From the IMG/VR virus record IMGVR_UViG_2547132271_000011: DNA of 3,146 nt; one strand, given 5' to 3'. The position numbers and the translations under genes were made by a program. Positions 1 through 3,146 of the stretch are shown here, piece by piece. How positions within the stretch are numbered: the stretch's first letter is position 1; every line of letters starts with the position of its first letter. The notes under the pieces were generated by a model. The model was not told where the DNA came from, made no database searches, and was given only the letters and a program-made list of their open reading frames with translations. The DNA comes from a virus (lineage: Duplodnaviria > Heunggongvirae > Uroviricota > Caudoviricetes).

Positions 1-1083
1 ATGAAAAAATTAACAGTGGCAATTTCTGCTGTAGCTGCATCAGTACTGATGGCGATGTCTGCTCAGGCAGCTGAAATTTATAATAAAGACAGTAACAAGC
101 TGGATCTGTACGGGAAAGTTAATGCTAAGCACTACTTCTCCTCTAATGATGCAGATGATGGTGATACTACTTATGCCCGTCTTGGCTTCAAAGGTGAAAC
201 CCAAATCAACGATCAACTGACTGGTTTCGGTCAGTGGGAATATGAATTCAAAGGCAACCGCGCTGAATCTCAAGGTTCCTCCAAAGATAAAACCCGTCTT
301 GCCTTCGCTGGCCTGAAATTCGGTGACTACGGCTCCATCGATTACGGCCGTAACTACGGTGTAGCATACGACATCGGTGCGTGGACTGACGTCCTGCCAG
401 AATTCGGTGGTGACACTTGGACTCAAACCGACGTGTTCATGACTAAACGTGCAACTGGTGTTGCAACCTATCGTAACAACGACTTCTTTGGTCTGGTCGA
501 TGGCCTGAACTTTGCTGCTCAGTATCAGGGTAAAAATGACCGCACTGACGTAACTGAAGCCAATGGTGATGGTTTCGGTTTCTCCACTACTTATGAGTAT
601 GAAGGATTCGGCGTGGGTGCAACCTATGCTAAATCAGATCGCACTGACGGTCAGGTCGCCTATGGTAAGAGCAAATTCAATGCCTCCGGCAAAAATGCGG
701 AAGTATGGGCTGCAGGCCTGAAATATGATGCGAACAATATCTATCTGGCTACCACATATTCTGAAACTCAGAATATGACCGTTTTTGGTAATAACCATAT
801 TGCAAACAAAGCACAAAACTTTGAAGCAGTAGCACAATATCAGTTTGACTTCGGTCTGCGACCATCTGTTGCTTACCTTCAGTCAAAAGGTAAAGACCTT
901 GGTGTTCATGGTGACCGAGACTTAGTCAAGTATGTCGATGTCGGTGCTACTTACTACTTTAATAAAAACATGTCCACTTTTGTTGATTACAAAATCAACT
1001 TAATTGACGATAGTAAGTTTACCAAAACAGCTGGTATTGATACCGACGACATCGTCGCTGTAGGTCTGGTGTATCAGTTCTAA
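1..1083 (+). CDS. nmpC: Outer-membrane general porin precursor, OmpC/OmpF/PhoE superfamily, prophage-borne NmpC/Lc type (360 aa)
   Basis: Complete ORF from ATG at 1 to TAA at 1081-1083. Predicted signal peptide [23 protein letters not shown], then mature N-terminus [16 protein letters not shown] typical of enterobacterial trimeric porins. C-terminus GLVYQF ends in Phe, the beta-barrel OMP signature. Recognised from memory as NmpC/Lc-like; symbol is a best guess. No RBS or promoter visible because the window begins at the ATG. Confidence 0.92.
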   Translation: MKKLTVAISAVAASVLMAMSAQAAEIYNKDSNKLDLYGKVNAKHYFSSNDADDGDTTYARLGFKGETQINDQLTGFGQWEYEFKGNRAESQGSSKDKTRLAFAGLKFGDYGSIDYGRNYGVAYDIGAWTDVLPEFGGDTWTQTDVFMTKRATGVATYRNNDFFGLVDGLNFAAQYQGKNDRTDVTEANGDGFGFSTTYEYEGFGVGATYAKSDRTDGQVAYGKSKFNASGKNAEVWAAGLKYDANNIYLATTYSETQNMTVFGNNHIANKAQNFEAVAQYQFDFGLRPSVAYLQSKGKDLGVHGDRDLVKYVDVGATYYFNKNMSTFVDYKINLIDDSKFTKTAGIDTDDIVAVGLVYQF

Positions 1084-1090
1084 TCTGATT

Positions 1091-1133
1091 ACGAAAAAGA
1101 TATGTTGCGGGAGGCTTTGCCTCCCCAACATAT
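1091..1133 (-). terminator. Rho-independent terminator for minus-strand transcripts (candidate tR'-like terminator of the late leader / Q readthrough)
   Basis: Imperfect inverted repeat 1100-1114 / 1120-1133 (core GGGAGG / CCTCCC, about 14 bp with one bulge, 5-nt loop). On the minus-strand transcript it is followed immediately by CTTTTTCGT (complement of 1091-1099). On the plus strand the hairpin is followed by TAAGTGGC, so it is not a canonical plus-strand terminator. Confidence 0.5.
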
Positions 1134-1159
1134 AAGTGGCTCCCTCAAGCCACTTCCTT

Positions 1160-1272
1160 TAGGAGCACAACCTTGCTTCTAACTATATAAACCTTCTGTT
1201 ATATATTACCCTTTATTTTTGGGGGCGTTGCAACGCCCCATTTTTAATAATTTTTAGTAAACAACTGGCATA
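1160..1272 (-). promoter_or_regulatory. Expected location of Q-dependent late promoter pR' and qut site with short late leader
   Basis: Positional inference only: in lambdoid phages pR'/qut lies directly downstream of Q and the leader ends at tR'. The region is AT-rich with several -10-like hexamers on the minus strand (TAATAT at about 1208-1203, TATATA at about 1188-1183) and a TTGCAA at the palindrome centre, but I could not assemble a convincing -35/-10 pair with 16-18 bp spacing. Confidence 0.3.
1222..1256 (+). terminator. Rho-independent terminator for plus-strand transcripts (likely 3' end of the porin mRNA, shielding Q from antisense readthrough)
   Basis: Perfect 18-bp palindrome GGGGCGTTGCAACGCCCC (1222-1239), GC-rich stem, followed on the plus strand by ATTTTTAATAATTTTT. 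On the minus strand the same hairpin is followed by A-rich sequence, so the function is orientation-specific. Confidence 0.55.
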
Positions 1273-1656
1273 TTAATTAGAGTTATTAACAACGATATCC
1301 ATCTCTAACCGGATATCTAATGCCATTAACATCCCTTCAATTATGCCCTCAGCCTTCTGTAACCTTTTCCCGATATAACCATCAGAACAGCAATGCTTAC
1401 CTGCCAGTGACATGAATGTCATACCGACTACATAATAATCTACTAATAAATCGTGCAAATCGCTGTTGTTCTTTTTCAGACGGGCCATGCCCCCGCAAAT
1501 AATCATCGCGTCATCGTCACAACATTGCGGGCGAGATTTTACTTTTGAAGTAATTAATCCCTTAAAACCGGCGGCAATGGACGACCAGGTCACATCTTCA
1601 TGATTATTAGCCGCCCACGCTCCCCAACGCTCAAGAACCATCTGAATATCACGCAT
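1273..1656 (-). CDS. quuD: Late-gene antitermination protein Q, DLP12 QuuD type (127 aa)
   Basis: ORF-track frame 1273..1671 trimmed to the ATG at 1656-1654, giving [24 protein letters not shown]..., recognised from memory as DLP12-type Q. GGAG at 1667-1664 lies 7 nt upstream of this ATG. The ORF-track start at 1671 is a TTG that adds 5 residues and has no RBS. Stop TAA at 1275-1273. Confidence 0.9.
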   Translation of the reverse strand: MRDIQMVLERWGAWAANNHEDVTWSSIAAGFKGLITSKVKSRPQCCDDDAMIICGGMARLKKNNSDLHDLLVDYYVVGMTFMSLAGKHCCSDGYIGKRLQKAEGIIEGMLMALDIRLEMDIVVNNSN

Positions 1657-1741
1657 CAACTTACTCCACAAAAATCAGACCAGAACGCCAATTACAAGCA
1701 AAAATCAACAAAACAGTATTAGTTGATTGTTATCTCTGACT

Positions 1742-1879
1742 TCATACTCCTGCTCCTGTCAGGGTTTTGGCGTAATTCTTCAGTATTCGGTAATCGGTCA
1801 AAACAGAACCGGGGAAACGATATAAGCGCAGATGCCCCCAGCGGTGGCGAAGAAGTTCTGCCATATAAAACTCAAACAT
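1742..1879 (-). CDS. ylcG: Small prophage protein YlcG-like (45 aa), not in the supplied ORF track
   Basis: Manual minus-strand translation from ATG 1879-1877 gives [45 protein letters not shown], stop TGA at 1744-1742. The ATG overlaps the rusA stop (TGATG). The position between rusA and Q matches DLP12 ylcG. Identity is from memory and position, not a search. Confidence 0.65.
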   Translation of the reverse strand: MFEFYMAELLRHRWGHLRLYRFPGSVLTDYRILKNYAKTLTGAGV

Positions 1880-2241
1880 CATTCATTCCCCATTTCGGTG
1901 ATGGTCAGTTCCAGCCTCCCACCTTTGGTAACAGGCATCTTCACAACGCGGTAATCAACGACCTGAGCATCATCCAGCCAGAAACCTGCTTTAGTGAGTG
2001 CGTCAAAAGCGGCTTTTTGCAGATTATCCAGGTCACGGCGACGGCGATCCGGCATGTGGCACTCAATGCGGATTTTCACAGGCATAGCCAGGCCGATATC
2101 CAGCATTGCGTTTTTAATGATTCGGGCGACGTTATCGCGGTATGCCTGCCCCTCTGCGCTGACGTGCGTGCGCCCGCGATTATGGCGGTAATAGCGATTA
2201 TTGCTCGGAGGCCAGGGTAATGTGATGCTGTAGGTATTCAC
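1879..2241 (-). CDS. rusA: Crossover junction endodeoxyribonuclease RusA (Holliday junction resolvase), 120 aa
   Basis: Protein [47 protein letters not shown]...TITEMGNE recognised as RusA. Initiates at GTG 2241-2239, overlapping the ybcO stop (GTGA). A GAGGGGG purine run lies about 13 nt upstream. Stop TGA at 1881-1879. Confidence 0.95.
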   Translation of the reverse strand: MNTYSITLPWPPSNNRYYRHNRGRTHVSAEGQAYRDNVARIIKNAMLDIGLAMPVKIRIECHMPDRRRRDLDNLQKAAFDALTKAGFWLDDAQVVDYRVVKMPVTKGGRLELTITEMGNE

Positions 2242-2528
2242 GCCTTAATAACCCCCTCTTTCAGCCAGATAACCTGTGTTCTCGCCATACCTTCCAGCGC
2301 GCATTCTTTTGCATATGCAGCATCGACAAAATGTGTGCGGCGGTCGATTTCGTCGTGACAGGCAGAACAGGCAATGGTGGCAATAAGGTCTGGCGGTTTA
2401 ATACCGGTGCCGCACAATCCAGCCAGCCGGATATGTGCCAGTACTGACGTTTCAGGATTGCCATTACATACGCCAGGGATTCTTACCTGGCATTCCCGAC
2501 TACGCGCTGCTTTTCTCAAATCAGCCAT
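2238..2528 (-). CDS. ybcO: YbcO-like Cys-rich protein (DUF1364 family, putative zinc-binding nuclease), 96 aa
   Basis: ORF-track frame 2238..2567 trimmed to the ATG at 2528-2526, which is preceded by a strong SD (AAGGAGG at 2539-2533). Product [35 protein letters not shown]...[11 protein letters not shown]... matches the known 96-aa DLP12 YbcO from memory. The ORF-track start at 2567 is a TTG without an SD and would overlap ninE by about 47 nt. Confidence 0.88.
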   Translation of the reverse strand: MADLRKAARSRECQVRIPGVCNGNPETSVLAHIRLAGLCGTGIKPPDLIATIACSACHDEIDRRTHFVDAAYAKECALEGMARTQVIWLKEGVIKA

Positions 2529-2691
2529 GATTCCTCCTTGCTGCCAGTCGCAACCATTTTTTATCAACCAGGCTGGCGGTATATCCGAGCAGTGTTGGTA
2601 TTTCGGAAGGCTTCAGCTCCGGTTTACGCTTACGACGATTTGGTACTCTGTAGATGTGTCCGTTCATGACACGAATAAGCGGTGTAGCCAT
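2521..2691 (-). CDS. ninE: NinE-family small protein (56 aa), not in the supplied ORF track
   Basis: Manual minus-strand translation from ATG 2691-2689 gives [56 protein letters not shown], stop TGA at 2523-2521. The start overlaps the ybcN stop (TAATG) and the 3' end overlaps the ybcO SD and start. Position between ybcN and ybcO matches DLP12 ninE. Confidence 0.8.
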   Translation of the reverse strand: MATPLIRVMNGHIYRVPNRRKRKPELKPSEIPTLLGYTASLVDKKWLRLAARRNHG

Positions 2692-3146
2692 TACGCCTCC
2701 TGCTTGTCACGGAGCTGCTGGAACTCGCAGCTCTGCGGAATAGTCAGATGGCAACCAATATTCATCGCCCAGGCTTCAACCTTACACAGGAAGACATACA
2801 TCTCTCCGGTATCAAGATCGGAGGTATGGCGTAACGACTGGATAGTGGTGATATCACCGGTTACGACATCAACCAGGTCTTTGGTTTCATAACCGAGATA
2901 TGTGTGTTTGAGAGCATCTTTTACCCAAGCTGGAGTGGCGAACGTTTTACCCTTGCTGATGAGGTATTCACTGATTTCGCTGTACCACATGTGGCTGAGT
3001 GCATTCTGGGAAAGACTGCGTCTCTCGCGCCACGGTTTAAGCACCATGCGAAAGCATTTGCCGTTCTCCAGATAAGGCTGGATCTGCCGACCGATAGCGG
3101 TGAAGTTACCGCGATGCAATTTGATACCATCTTGTGGGAGGTTCAC
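2691..3146 (-). CDS. ybcN: YbcN (DLP12 prophage protein, NinB/Orf-like; reported DNA base-flipping protein), 151 aa
   Basis: ORF runs from the window edge (GTG at 3146-3144) to TAA at 2693-2691. The translation (first codon read as Met) MNLPQDGIKLHRGNFTAIGRQIQPYLENGKCFRMVLKPWRERRSLSQNALSHMW... matches the 151-aa length I remember for YbcN. The start sits exactly at the window edge, so no RBS can be checked and an upstream extension cannot be excluded. Confidence 0.8.
   Translation of the reverse strand: MNLPQDGIKLHRGNFTAIGRQIQPYLENGKCFRMVLKPWRERRSLSQNALSHMWYSEISEYLISKGKTFATPAWVKDALKHTYLGYETKDLVDVVTGDITTIQSLRHTSDLDTGEMYVFLCKVEAWAMNIGCHLTIPQSCEFQQLRDKQEA

Noticed and set aside
40-426. 128-aa ORF on the minus strand
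   Set aside because: Antisense within the porin gene, whose plus-strand frame has clear signal-peptide and beta-barrel features. Shadow ORF.
634-837. 67-aa ORF on the minus strand
   Set aside because: Antisense within the porin gene; Cys-rich improbable peptide.
1657-1671. N-terminal extension of Q to a TTG start (132-aa version in the ORF track)
   Set aside because: The GGAG SD sits inside this extension, correctly spaced for the ATG at 1656, and the 127-aa product matches DLP12 QuuD.
1994-2191. 65-aa ORF on the plus strand
   Set aside because: Inside rusA on the opposite strand; Arg/Ser-rich shadow frame with no RBS.
1723-2220. 165-aa ORF on the plus strand
   Set aside because: Lies entirely antisense to ylcG and rusA, whose minus-strand product is a recognised full-length RusA. 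No SD before the ATG, and the product is Ser/Arg/Cys-rich with no recognisable domain. Treated as a shadow ORF.
2261-2464. 67-aa ORF on the minus strand in an alternative frame
   Set aside because: Out-of-frame overlap entirely within ybcO on the same strand; the ybcO frame has the strong SD and the known product.
2529-2567. N-terminal extension of ybcO to a TTG start (109-aa version in the ORF track)
   Set aside because: The TTG has no SD and the extension overlaps ninE by about 47 nt, whereas the internal ATG at 2528 has an AAGGAGG SD and gives the known 96-aa length.
2374-2892. 172-aa ORF on the plus strand
   Set aside because: Antisense to ybcO, ninE and the 3' end of ybcN, all of which are well supported on the minus strand. 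Low-complexity Ser/Cys/Trp-rich translation typical of a non-coding frame.
2921-3130. 69-aa ORF on the minus strand in an alternative frame
   Set aside because: Out-of-frame overlap within ybcN on the same strand; no independent support.
1-3146. Searched for CRISPR repeats, IS or transposon ends, integrase att sites, toxin-antitoxin pairs, or a compact novel defence locus
   Set aside because: No spaced direct repeats, terminal inverted repeats or unexplained ORFs were found. Every coding stretch is accounted for by conserved lambdoid nin/Q genes or the porin, so a novel-system claim is not supported by this sequence.

Overview
This window is the right-arm nin/Q junction of a DLP12-type lambdoid prophage (Enterobacteriaceae, E. 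coli-like), plus a convergently oriented porin gene. The minus strand carries a tightly packed, translationally coupled early-right operon segment: ybcN (NinB-like), ninE, ybcO, rusA, ylcG and the Q antiterminator quuD. The plus strand carries a complete outer-membrane porin precursor of the NmpC/Lc (OmpC/OmpF/PhoE) family, read towards Q. The 189-bp gap between them (1084-1272) holds two opposed intrinsic-terminator hairpins, one per strand, and is where the Q-dependent late promoter (pR'/qut) is expected. Two small genes, ninE and ylcG, are absent from the supplied ORF track and were found by manual translation. Gene identities are from memory of the protein sequences, not from a search. I do not see a convincing undescribed system here; the points most worth follow-up are the intergenic control region, the apparently intact porin moron, and the poorly characterised YbcN, YbcO, YlcG and NinE proteins.
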